A stretch of 64,000 nt of DNA, from positions 16,361-80,360 of the forward strand of contig JAXDJV010000024.1 in assembly GCA_034667465.1 (NCBI GenBank), read 5' to 3'. The notes below the pieces were generated by a model, which saw only the letters and a program-made list of their open reading frames with translations, was not told where the DNA came from and did not search any database. A program made the position numbers and the translations under genes. This document shows, one piece after another, positions 18,748 through 27,545 of this stretch (position 1 is the stretch's first letter; each line of letters opens with the position of its first letter). Source of the DNA: Acidobacteriota bacterium (lineage in GTDB: Bacteria; Acidobacteriota; Thermoanaerobaculia; Gp7-AA8).

Positions 18748-18933
18748 TCAGGGTTTGGGGAAGCTTGTGTCGTCTCTAGAACCGGGCAGAAAGACTCTCT
18801 TCAGTTGCTTTAGAACCCTACCGATGACGGTATCGCGACGGCCTGTGTCGCGCTGCACCGCCGCCTCAGCGGAAACAGCGGCGAGAGAAGCGACACACAA
18901 AGCAATGGCTAGACTGGTACGGAAGCGACGCAT
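18748..18933 (-). CDS. Candidate small secreted peptide (61 aa; signal peptide plus about 37-aa mature part)
   Basis: Perfect SD (AAGGAGG, 7 nt before the ATG). Signal peptide MRRFRTSLAIALCVASLAAVSAEA. Located just upstream of the ABC-2 exporter operon. Third-position GC is atypically low. Confidence 0.3.
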   Translation of the reverse strand: MRRFRTSLAIALCVASLAAVSAEAAVQRDTGRRDTVIGRVLKQLKRVFLPGSRDDTSFPKP

Positions 18934-19051
18934 TCACACCCTCCTTCGGCTTCGGAAGCCGAGTTGACGTTGGAGGGCGCCCTCACATGGAGGAGTGACG
19001 CGGAGACATGTTTCCCTACCCTGGATTGATGATACGCGCGAAACGCGACGC

Positions 19052-20380
19052 CTACTCGCTCGCGTAGGCGAAAAGAAGAGTGGGCCTATGTGGAAGAATC
19101 TCCAGATAGTTCCGGACCCGACGCACAGCAATCGAATCGAGCGCACCAGATTGAGCGGCCTCGTGCATAAGACTGAGCGCCGTCATCGCGTTTTGGCTAT
19201 AGGGCACGCCCGATCGCTCAAAGAACTGAACAGCGTGCCTGCACAGCTCCATTACTTCTGTGCCGCGGCCAAGCATTAACGAAGCCTCGGCGCCATCAAC
19301 AGCTGCCATGGCTGCCTTGTCGTAGACGTTCAGTCGCTCATAGTTGTCTTTCACGGTACACAAAAGGCGCGAAGCTTCCGAGTATCGACCCTCCAGGAGC
19401 AGCACTCGGCCGACATGCCACGTTGCGCGGACACGGTCAACTTCCATTCCGAGTTTGTCGAAGAGTGTGACCGCCTCGCCGAAGGAACGAAGAGCGTCTT
19501 CGTTCTGCCGCAGCTCGCGATAGCAGCCCGCCATGTTTTGCTTCATCATCGCGTAAGTACGCCAATCGGCCGATTCCCGCGCATGGTTAGCGAGGGCGTC
19601 AAATAACGGCAAAGCCCGCCTGTAATCTCTCGCTGCATACGCCACCAGCGCTTGAACACCCAGAACATAGAATTGACGCTTCTCGTCCCCAAAGCGCTGA
19701 AAGATCTCGGCGGTACTGTTGGAAGCGGCAAGGGCTCTATCGAATTGCTCGAGTTCCCGCAGCACCAACGCCCGAACCAGCATCAACCGCGCGGAATCAA
19801 ACTCGGCTACCGCCACCCACGCGAGGTGCCCCGCCGCCCGATCGGCCGCCGCGAGTGCCTCGACATGTCTTCCCACGTAGTACAGCGCATACGCCCGCTC
19901 CCGCCACGCGGCCCCGCGCAATCGCGGCACCGTATCTCCGTACCACGACGCCGCAGCCAACCCATCCGCGACATCCACCGCAACGGCGGTGATCTCCACG
20001 ACATCCGCCGGCCGTGAATCAATCAACCGATCGGTCTCGACAATGAGGCGACGCACCAAACCCGGCGTCCGATAGTGCGGATTCAACGAAAGTACAGAAA
20101 GCCACTGTTCGCGCGGAGTCGCCAGCAACTCAGCCACGTATCTTTCCGCGTCCGCATCCTCGGCGTCCATCTGCGTGGCAATCGTTCGAAGCGTCGCAAC
20201 CGTCGACGCTCGTGGTGTATCGGGGAGCGGCTCCTCATCCCAGACGATCTCGTCGACCAGAGTTGCGGCGAGTTGCTGAATGTGGGTCAGTGCGCCCGCA
20301 CACGCGGAGCAAGTCGCGAGGTGCTCGTGATGCGGAGGGAGCTCGAGAAGCTGCTCGTCGCTGTAATGCTGCGCGGTCAT
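19052..20380 (-). CDS. Anti-sigma factor, zf-HC2 type, with a TPR-like domain (soluble)
   Basis: Internal start MTAQHYSDEQLLELPPHHEHLATCSACAGAL (HxxxCxxC zinc finger). Its start overlaps the stop of the upstream ECF sigma gene. The ORF-track extension to 20710 overlaps the sigma gene out of frame and was rejected. Confidence 0.65.
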   Translation of the reverse strand: MTAQHYSDEQLLELPPHHEHLATCSACAGALTHIQQLAATLVDEIVWDEEPLPDTPRASTVATLRTIATQMDAEDADAERYVAELLATPREQWLSVLSLNPHYRTPGLVRRLIVETDRLIDSRPADVVEITAVAVDVADGLAAASWYGDTVPRLRGAAWRERAYALYYVGRHVEALAAADRAAGHLAWVAVAEFDSARLMLVRALVLRELEQFDRALAASNSTAEIFQRFGDEKRQFYVLGVQALVAYAARDYRRALPLFDALANHARESADWRTYAMMKQNMAGCYRELRQNEDALRSFGEAVTLFDKLGMEVDRVRATWHVGRVLLLEGRYSEASRLLCTVKDNYERLNVYDKAAMAAVDGAEASLMLGRGTEVMELCRHAVQFFERSGVPYSQNAMTALSLMHEAAQSGALDSIAVRRVRNYLEILPHRPTLLFAYASE

Positions 20381-21036
20381 GGCTTCACCGCGTTCATCTT
20401 CAGGTAGACCTCGCGCATTCTTGCGAGGCAGTTGTGGATCAGTTTTTCGGCGTACCGCGTGGTCGTCTTCAGCTCGCGGGCGACGTCGGCGGCTGAATGT
20501 CCCTGGTAGTAGTGAAGCTCCAGTGTTTCGCGGCAGCGCGGCTGCAGATAGCCGAGCGCCTGGCTCACCGTCATCGTCTTCGCGTACTTCTCGCCGAGGT
20601 TGTGGGATTGAGGATCGGAACGTTCGCCGATGTCGTCGGGAAGCGCTTCCGTTCTTCCCTGCCCGCGCCAGTAATGGCGGCTGGCGTTGCACATCGCCGC
20701 GACCATCCACGACCGGACGTCGCGGATCGGCGTGCCGACCTGCATGAAGGAGACGAAGACTTCCTGAATCAGATTCTCGGCATCCCAGTCGGGGACGCGG
20801 AACTTGCGGCAGGCGATGAAGAGGAGGAGCTTGCGATGCTCGATGTAGAGCAGCTCGATCTCATCGCTACTCGGCCGGCTTTTTTGCTCGGGCGCTGCGG
20901 CAGCCGAGCCCGCGCCGTTGTCGGCGCGGCCATCCGGCTCGGCCGGAGACGGCACTTCCGCGTTCTGTTCCAGCACGACGGCTTTCCCTTCGCTCCGCAC
21001 AGGACCGGGCTTAATTATGGAGTTGGTGAGACCCAT
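20377..21036 (-). CDS. ECF-family RNA polymerase sigma factor
   Basis: Sigma-70 region 2 (LIQEVFVSFMQ) and region 4 (HTH: SAADVARELKTTTRYAEKLIHNCLARMRE). Translationally coupled to the anti-sigma gene. Confidence 0.85.
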   Translation of the reverse strand: MGLTNSIIKPGPVRSEGKAVVLEQNAEVPSPAEPDGRADNGAGSAAAAPEQKSRPSSDEIELLYIEHRKLLLFIACRKFRVPDWDAENLIQEVFVSFMQVGTPIRDVRSWMVAAMCNASRHYWRGQGRTEALPDDIGERSDPQSHNLGEKYAKTMTVSQALGYLQPRCRETLELHYYQGHSAADVARELKTTTRYAEKLIHNCLARMREVYLKMNAVKP

Positions 21037-21221
21037 ATGAACTTATCACGAATCGCAATCGTACGGCGAACTTCCTTACAAAATTCTCCCGCGCGCAGCC
21101 GTTTCAGGATGAGTTCCGTTAATGCGGACATGATCGCATGCCTTCGTAGCTGTTTGGGAGGACCGAGTGCTATTCTCCGCCGCTCGGCCCGCCACCTCGC
21201 GGCCGCGGAAGGAATGTCCCT

Positions 21222-22646
21222 ATGACAGCCGAACAAACCGCTACCACCGACCTCGCCTCCACCATCGAAACGATGTGGGAGGCATCGGTCATCCCGACCA
21301 TCGAACAGTACATCCGCATCCCGAACCAGTCTCCGCTGTTCGATCCCGACTGGAAGCAGAACGGCTACATGCACAAGGCCATCAACCTGGCGAAGAGCTG
21401 GGTCGAGCAACAGAACGTGGCCGGCCTCAAAGTCGAAGTCAAAGAGATCGAAGGCCGCACGCCGCTGATGTTCATCGAGGTCGACGGCAACAACGACTCG
21501 ACCGTGCTGATGTACGGCCATCTCGACAAGCAGCCGGCCATGGTCGGATGGGAAGAAGGACTCGGTCCGTGGACGCCTGTCCTGCGCGACGGCAAACTGT
21601 TCGGCCGCGGCGGCGCCGATGATGGTTACGCCGTCTTCGCCGCGATCAGCGCGATCAAAGCCGTGCAGCAGCAGGGTCTCGAACACTCGCGCATCGTCGT
21701 GATCATCGAATGCTGCGAAGAGAGCGGCTCGGTCGATCTGCCGCCATACATCGATCACTTCTCCGATCGCATCGGCACGCCGCGACTCGTCATCTGTCTC
21801 GACAGCGGCTGCGGCAACTACGAACAACTCTGGATCACCACTTCGCTGCGCGGCTCGATCGTCGGCAACCTGACGGTCGAAGTGCTCACGGAAGGCGTGC
21901 ATTCGGGTGACGCGAGCGGCATCGTGCCGTCGAGCTTCCGCATCCTGCGCTCGATTCTCGATCGCCTCGAAGATCCGAAAACCGGCCGCATCATCCCGGA
22001 GTGGCTCTGGGTCGAAGTCCCCGAGAATCGTCTCGCGGAAGCACACGAAACCGCCCGCATCCTCGGCGACGCCGTGTGGGACAAGTTCCCGTTCGTCGAC
22101 GGCATGAAGCCGGTCTCGGATGATTCACTCGAACTGCTGCTGAATCGCACCTGGCGGCCGGCGCTTTCCTACACCGGTCAGGCCGGCTTCCCCGATCTCG
22201 TGCAGGGCGGCAACGTGCTGCGTCCGAAAACGTCGCTCAAGCTTTCGCTTCGTCTTCCGCCGACGCTCGACGCGACTGATGTCGACTCGCGCCTGCGCGA
22301 ACTGCTCGAAAGCGATCCGCCGTACGGCGCGCACGTCGAGTTCGAGCCGGAGAAAGGTGGATCGGGATGGGAAGCGCCGCCGATGGAACAGTGGCTCGTC
22401 GACTCGCTTGCGCGCGCGTCGCAGGCGTTCTACGGCAAACCGTCGACCACGTTCGGTGAAGGCGGCTCGATCCCGTTCATGGGAATGCTCGGCACGCGCT
22501 ACCCGAATGCGCAGTTCGTCATCACCGGCGTCCTCGGGCCGCATAGCAATGCCCACGGACCGAACGAGTTCCTCGACCTTCGCATGGCGAAGAACGTCAC
22601 CGCCTGCGTCGCGCAGGTGATCGTCGACGAGCGCAAGAGCGCATAA
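21222..22646 (+). CDS. M20 family metallopeptidase (dipeptidase / deacylase-like)
   Basis: M20 metal-binding blocks (MYGHLDKQP, GRGGADDGYAVFAAISA, EESGS). Confidence 0.85.
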   Translation: MTAEQTATTDLASTIETMWEASVIPTIEQYIRIPNQSPLFDPDWKQNGYMHKAINLAKSWVEQQNVAGLKVEVKEIEGRTPLMFIEVDGNNDSTVLMYGHLDKQPAMVGWEEGLGPWTPVLRDGKLFGRGGADDGYAVFAAISAIKAVQQQGLEHSRIVVIIECCEESGSVDLPPYIDHFSDRIGTPRLVICLDSGCGNYEQLWITTSLRGSIVGNLTVEVLTEGVHSGDASGIVPSSFRILRSILDRLEDPKTGRIIPEWLWVEVPENRLAEAHETARILGDAVWDKFPFVDGMKPVSDDSLELLLNRTWRPALSYTGQAGFPDLVQGGNVLRPKTSLKLSLRLPPTLDATDVDSRLRELLESDPPYGAHVEFEPEKGGSGWEAPPMEQWLVDSLARASQAFYGKPSTTFGEGGSIPFMGMLGTRYPNAQFVITGVLGPHSNAHGPNEFLDLRMAKNVTACVAQVIVDERKSA

Positions 22647-22672
22647 CAGCGGCCGCGTAACGGCGGCGGGCG

Positions 22673-23590
22673 CTACGCGTGCCCGCCGGCGTACTTCTTC
22701 TCTCCCGCTTCGATGCGGAACGGCAGCTTGTTCTGCATCGGCGGGAGAGGACAGGTCGCATACGGCGTGAACGCGCACGGCGGGTTGTACGCCTTGTTGA
22801 AGTCGAGGACGATCTTCCCGTCTTTCCCCGGCGGTGCGGCGTACATGTAGCGCGCGGCCGGATACGTTTCTTTACCGGCAGTCGCGTCGCGGAAGATGAT
22901 GAAGTAGTCGCTCTCGCCCTGCTCGAGGATCGGATCGATCGAGTACTCCTTCCCGTCGACCGTGAAGACGATCGCGCCGGGTGACGTTTCATCACCGGTC
23001 ATGCCGAGGACGTTCGTGATCGCGATCTTTTTCGCGGGAGTGTACGGACGGAACTGCGCTTCGATGCGCCACTTCGGATCGACCGGAAAGTATTCGAGCC
23101 CTTTGAAGTGCGTGCGCGCGTCGTTCTCTTTGTCCTTGAGACGGATCGCGAACTTGTCGTTTCGCTTGATGACCTGAAAGTTCATGGTCCCGAAGCGGAC
23201 GACGGTCGGCGTTCCGGACGGATCGAGATCGTTGCGCAGCTCGGTTGCCGCGGTCATCGGCTTGCCATCGATCGTCAGCTGCGCGGCGGCATTCGGCGTC
23301 AGCGTCGCTTTGCCGTTCGTCAGCGTCAGCGTGCCGATCGATGCCGGCGCCTTTTCCGGAAAGACGACGTCGTTCGCCGACTTGTCGGATCCGAGGCGGC
23401 TCGTTCCTTCGTTGAGCCAGTAGAGCCCGGCGAGTGAGAGCCAGCTGTCCTCGCTCTGCAGCCGTTCGGAGCGCGTTTTCTGCCACTTGTGAATCTCGTC
23501 GTCGTACGACAACTGACCTTTGACGGCGGGCGGTTCGGACTGGCGGCAGGAAGCGGTGACGAGGAGAGCGACAGCGAGGAGGCGTTTCAT
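22673..23590 (-). CDS. DUF1684 domain lipoprotein
   Basis: Internal start MKRLLAVALLVTASC (lipobox). The ORF-track N-terminal extension was rejected. Conserved C-terminal YNPPCAFTPYATCP. Confidence 0.65.
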   Translation of the reverse strand: MKRLLAVALLVTASCRQSEPPAVKGQLSYDDEIHKWQKTRSERLQSEDSWLSLAGLYWLNEGTSRLGSDKSANDVVFPEKAPASIGTLTLTNGKATLTPNAAAQLTIDGKPMTAATELRNDLDPSGTPTVVRFGTMNFQVIKRNDKFAIRLKDKENDARTHFKGLEYFPVDPKWRIEAQFRPYTPAKKIAITNVLGMTGDETSPGAIVFTVDGKEYSIDPILEQGESDYFIIFRDATAGKETYPAARYMYAAPPGKDGKIVLDFNKAYNPPCAFTPYATCPLPPMQNKLPFRIEAGEKKYAGGHA

Positions 23591-23651
23591 GCGTGCGGTA
23601 GCATAGCTCCACCGATGGTTTCGATTCGCAACGGAGCGGTGTCCAAATGGT

Positions 23652-24257
23652 GTGCCGAACGTTGCGCCATTCCCGGTCACACAGGCGGAGCAGGATCCGT
23701 TGATCGTCCCGCCGTGGAGTGAAGAGCGGCGGTTGCTGGCTGCGATTCGCGGCGGCGACCGGAGCGCGGCCGAGGAGATCGTCGAGCGGACATACTCGGC
23801 GGTGTATGCGTCGTTATACAGATTGTGCGGCGACGGCGATCTCGCCGCCGACCTGACGCAGGAGACGTATCAGAAAGCGTGGGCGGCGCTGAACACGTTC
23901 GACGGCCGCTCGCAACTCTTCACGTGGCTTTATCGTATCGCGTACACGACGTTTCTCAACTACGTGCGGCGGCCGCGGCGGACGACGTCGCTCGACGCAC
24001 CGGAAACACCGGAGATGCCCGACACCGCGCCGGGCGCGGACGAAGTGCTGAGCGAGCGCGAGGAAGGCGAGCGGTTGCGCGCCGCGGTGCTGCAGCTTCC
24101 TGAGGACCTGCGGTTCACGGTGACGGCGCATTTCTGGGGAGGACTGGCGGTGAAGGAGATTGCGCGGATCGAAGAGATCACCACGGTCGCGATCCGCAAG
24201 CGGCTGCACAAAGCGTTTTCGCTGCTCGAAGGAGTCATGAGCGAGGTTGAACGATGA
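23652..24257 (+). CDS. ECF-family RNA polymerase sigma factor
   Basis: Regions 2 and 4 are present (DLTQETYQKAW; LAVKEIARIEEITTVAIRKRLHKA). Its stop overlaps the start of the downstream gene (ATGA). Confidence 0.85.
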   Translation: MPNVAPFPVTQAEQDPLIVPPWSEERRLLAAIRGGDRSAAEEIVERTYSAVYASLYRLCGDGDLAADLTQETYQKAWAALNTFDGRSQLFTWLYRIAYTTFLNYVRRPRRTTSLDAPETPEMPDTAPGADEVLSEREEGERLRAAVLQLPEDLRFTVTAHFWGGLAVKEIARIEEITTVAIRKRLHKAFSLLEGVMSEVER

Positions 24258-25573
24258 GTCCGAACCGCAAAGCTGATTTGCAGCGGAAGCTGGTGCTCGC
24301 TTCGGTGCCGAAGCCGCCGGCCGGTCTCGCCGATCGGATCAAGCGCGAGATTCCGAAGCAGCTGACGTTCGATGCGGAGAAAGAGCGCCGGCGTTTCTCG
24401 CAGTCGGTGAATTTCAATCTGCGTGTCGCGGCGTCGATCATTCTGATGATCTCGTCGGTCTATCTCTGCATTGAGCTGCTCTCGCGCCGCGTGCAGGAAA
24501 ACGCGGCGATGGAGCGCGCGGAGAGGATCCTCAACTCGCCGGAGGCGACTTCGAATGTGGCGCCGTCGACGATTGCCGCGGCTCCCGCAACCGGCTCGAT
24601 GGAGCTTCCGTCCCGATCTGCGACACCGGCCAAAAAGCCGGTCGCGGTCGTCGCCGATTCGAAGAAAGAGCTCGACGCGGAAAGCGGCACGCTGCTGATG
24701 CGCGATCGGAAATCGATGAGCAACTCGGGAACGTTCGTCGAGCCACGCGCCGAACCGCAGCCGGTCGCGGTCGCTCCTCCCCCGCCCGCCGCGCCGTCGC
24801 CCGCTGTGGCGGAGAAGATCACCGTAACCGCGCAGGCGCCGATGATCGACGCCGCGGCGGGCGCGAACGCGTCCGCCGACTTCGTGCGCGAAGCGAAGGC
24901 GGCCGATCTCTCGCTCGGCATGCCGTCGACGCTCTTCGGCATCGACATCGCCGAGCGGCAACTCGCGAAAGACAACAGCACCGCGAATCAGGTCCAGCGC
25001 TTCGCAGCGCCGGCCACGCGTCCGTCGCGCGGAGTTCGCCTCGAAGCGGAAGCGGCGCCGTCGCCGGCCGACGCGACGAAGCAGCTCGTCCGCGTCTCGA
25101 TCGATCTGCCGCCGGCCGAGTTGAAAAATCGCGCTGCGATTCCGCCGATCGCATCCGATGCGACGCTGACCGTCGACTTCGATTCGACCAACGTCCGCTC
25201 GCACCGTCCGATCGTCGGCGAGACCTCCGCGACCGAACGAATCCTCGTCGCGAACACATCAGCGACCGCGCTCTATGAATTGGAGATTGAACCGAGCGCG
25301 GGCCGCCGCGCCGTCATCGCAACCGTGACTCTTCGCTACACGTCGGTGAAGGATGGGAAGACGCAGACGATCACGCGGACGATTCGCCGCAGCGACGTCG
25401 CGACATCGTGGGAACGCGCATCGAAGCGGATGAAAGCGACGTCGCTCGGCGCAACGGCAGGCGAACTGTCAGCGGAAGAATTCGCTACAAAAGCGAAAGA
25501 AGCAGGGCTGCCTGGCTACGAAGCGCGACGGGTAATGCGCGCCCCCGCCGCCGCTCCGCCACCCCAACCCTAA
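24254..25573 (+). CDS. Putative membrane-spanning anti-sigma factor / regulatory protein
   Basis: Translationally coupled to the ECF sigma gene. Single TM helix (VAASIILMISSVYLCIELL), a Pro/Ala-rich linker, and a C-terminal extracytoplasmic domain. Confidence 0.5.
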   Translation: MSPNRKADLQRKLVLASVPKPPAGLADRIKREIPKQLTFDAEKERRRFSQSVNFNLRVAASIILMISSVYLCIELLSRRVQENAAMERAERILNSPEATSNVAPSTIAAAPATGSMELPSRSATPAKKPVAVVADSKKELDAESGTLLMRDRKSMSNSGTFVEPRAEPQPVAVAPPPPAAPSPAVAEKITVTAQAPMIDAAAGANASADFVREAKAADLSLGMPSTLFGIDIAERQLAKDNSTANQVQRFAAPATRPSRGVRLEAEAAPSPADATKQLVRVSIDLPPAELKNRAAIPPIASDATLTVDFDSTNVRSHRPIVGETSATERILVANTSATALYELEIEPSAGRRAVIATVTLRYTSVKDGKTQTITRTIRRSDVATSWERASKRMKATSLGATAGELSAEEFATKAKEAGLPGYEARRVMRAPAAAPPPQP

Positions 25574-25611
25574 AGTCAATTCAGGGGGTCAGACCCCGGA
25601 CTTTGACTTTA
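25571..25611. repeat. Palindromic element, family B copy 1 (taaagtcaa-ttca-gggggtcagacccc-ggac-tttgacttta)
   Basis: Nested inverted repeats between convergent gene ends (25573 and 25609). Confidence 0.6.
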
Positions 25612-25860
25612 GCGCTTGCGCCCGCCGCCGAACTTTCGCACCGACGCAAAGTGCACGTTGAAGTAATTCGCCGCCGCTCGCAACGCGCTGCCGACCGTCC
25701 ACGCATCCTTGCCCGGAATCTTTTCCAGCGCGGCACGCATGTTCGGCGGCAGCTTTGCGCGGCAACTCCGGCAGAGCGCGTTCCCGATCGTCTTGTTCAG
25801 ATCGCAGCGCGGACAATTACGCCGGTTGGCGAGTCCCTTGACCTCGTCCTGGGTGATCAT
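25609..25860 (-). CDS. Small zinc-ribbon protein (83 aa, CxxC...CxxC)
   Basis: Internal ATG with RBS GGAGAGAGGGG. CPRCDLNKTIGNALCRSCRAKLP. The longer ORF-track version has an implausible N-terminus. Confidence 0.45.
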   Translation of the reverse strand: MITQDEVKGLANRRNCPRCDLNKTIGNALCRSCRAKLPPNMRAALEKIPGKDAWTVGSALRAAANYFNVHFASVRKFGGGRKR

Positions 25861-25947
25861 CGCGCCCCTCTCTCCAGCAATTGGATAGTACTCCCTCACA
25901 GGTACGAACGAGCACCCCGAAACGTTTGGGCGCGTTAGAATCCGCGC

Positions 25948-26628
25948 ATGGGCGAACGCGTCGAATTTCCATCCAATGGTCACACCTGTCAGGGCTATCT
26001 CGCCACTCCGAAGTCGGGTAGCAAAGGACCGGCCGTCGTCGTCATTCAGGAGTGGTGGGGACTCGTACGGCACATCGAAGACATTTGCGATCGCTTCGCC
26101 GCGGAAGGATTCCTCGCCATCGCCCCCGACCTCTTCCACGGCAAAACGACGAAGTCTCCCGATGAAGCCGGCAAGCTGCTGATGGAGATGGACGTCGAGC
26201 GCGCCGGCAAAGAGATCACCGGCGCCGGCGAATACCTGCTGTCGCGTCCTGAATGCTCATCATCGACCTACGGGATCGTCGGCTTCTGCATGGGCGGCGC
26301 GCTTGCGCAGTACGGCGGCACGATCGGCACGCACGTCGGCGCGGTCGCCAGTTTCTACGGCGGCTTCAAGAAAGTTCCTCTCGACTGGACGAAGCTCTCC
26401 GCTCCCCTGCTGCTGATCTACGGCGAGAACGACCTCGGCGTTCCCGCGCACACCGGCACCGAGCTCGCCATCAAACTGAAGGAAATGGGGAAGGACGTGA
26501 AGCTGGTGACCTATCCGAGTGCCGATCACGCCTTCTTCAACGACACGCGCCCCGAGGTTTACAACGAGGAAGCTTCCGCTGACGCGTGGCGCCGCACGAT
26601 CGAGTTGTTTCGGATGCACCTTCGCTGA
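25948..26628 (+). CDS. Dienelactone hydrolase family protein
   Basis: Alpha/beta hydrolase fold. DLH-like blocks (VVVIQEWWGL, GFCMGG, HAFFND). Confidence 0.85.
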   Translation: MGERVEFPSNGHTCQGYLATPKSGSKGPAVVVIQEWWGLVRHIEDICDRFAAEGFLAIAPDLFHGKTTKSPDEAGKLLMEMDVERAGKEITGAGEYLLSRPECSSSTYGIVGFCMGGALAQYGGTIGTHVGAVASFYGGFKKVPLDWTKLSAPLLLIYGENDLGVPAHTGTELAIKLKEMGKDVKLVTYPSADHAFFNDTRPEVYNEEASADAWRRTIELFRMHLR

Positions 26629-27545
26629 TGCACGCGTTGCGCGTCGCGCTCTTCGCGGCGCTGGTGCTGTTCTGCGTGACGCCGTGGGCGTCTCCGCCGC
26701 TCGCGCTCGCACTCGGTCTCGTCTTCGCGCTAACGCTCGGACATCCGTATCCGCAGCACAACTCGAAGGCGACCAAACTTCTGCTACAGGCCTCCGTGAT
26801 CCTCCTCGGCTTCGGAATGAATCTCGCCAAAGTCGTCGAAGCGGGACGCACCGGATTCCTCTTCACCGTCGCCACGATCGCCGGAACGCTGACACTCGGC
26901 TGGCTTGCCGGCCGCGCGATGGGCATCGATCATTCGACCGCGCATCTCATCTCATCCGGCACCGCGATCTGTGGCGGCAGCGCAATCGCAGCGGTCGGTC
27001 CAGTGATCAACGCAACTGACGAAGAGATGTCGGTCTCGCTCGGCACGGTCTTCATCCTCAACTCGATCGCGCTCTTTGTTTTCCCGCTCATCGGTCATCG
27101 GCTCGGCATGACGCAGAGCGAGTTCGGCGTCTGGGCGGCGATTGCGATTCACGACACGAGCTCCGTCGTCGGCGCGGCGTCGAAGTACGGCGCGGAGGCG
27201 CTGGCGATCGCGACGACCGTGAAACTCACGCGCGCGCTCTGGATCGTTCCCCTGACGCTCGCGACCGCGTTCTTCTTCAAGAAGAGCGCGAAGATCACGA
27301 TCCCCTGGTTCATCCTCTGGTTCGTTGTCGCGACGATCATCCGCACGTACTCGCCGGTGACGTTGCCGTGGGACGCGATCACGAAAGCGGCGCGCATCGG
27401 CCTGACGATCACGCTCTTCCTGATCGGCGCCGGACTTTCGCGAAAGAGCCTCGCCCGCGTCGGCGCACGGCCGCTGCTCCTCGGCGTATTGCTGTGGGTC
27501 ACGATCTCCGCGGTGTCGCTGTTCGCGGTGATGAAGACGCTTTAA
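26628..27545 (+). CDS. YeiH/UPF0324 family putative sulfate exporter membrane protein
   Basis: Start MHALRVAL overlaps the upstream stop (TGATG). About 10 TM helices. The ORF-track start at 26586 overlaps the upstream gene. Confidence 0.7.
   Translation: MHALRVALFAALVLFCVTPWASPPLALALGLVFALTLGHPYPQHNSKATKLLLQASVILLGFGMNLAKVVEAGRTGFLFTVATIAGTLTLGWLAGRAMGIDHSTAHLISSGTAICGGSAIAAVGPVINATDEEMSVSLGTVFILNSIALFVFPLIGHRLGMTQSEFGVWAAIAIHDTSSVVGAASKYGAEALAIATTVKLTRALWIVPLTLATAFFFKKSAKITIPWFILWFVVATIIRTYSPVTLPWDAITKAARIGLTITLFLIGAGLSRKSLARVGARPLLLGVLLWVTISAVSLFAVMKTL

Noticed and set aside
18485-19279. ORFs 18485..18967 (+) and 18995..19279 (+)
   Set aside because: The first is antisense to the ABC ATPase gene and its upstream region, and the second overlaps the anti-sigma gene on the opposite strand. 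Neither has RBS or composition support.
19052-20710. Long 552-aa version of the anti-sigma ORF
   Set aside because: Its first 110 codons overlap the ECF sigma gene in another frame and are R/P-rich. The internal start at 20380 gives a canonical zf-HC2 N-terminus and translational coupling.
22665-22687. Hairpin ggcgggc-gctacgcgt-gcccgcc between the convergent M20 and DUF1684 genes
   Set aside because: It overlaps the 3' end of the DUF1684 CDS and lacks a U-tract. It is possibly a terminator, but the evidence is too weak to list as a feature.
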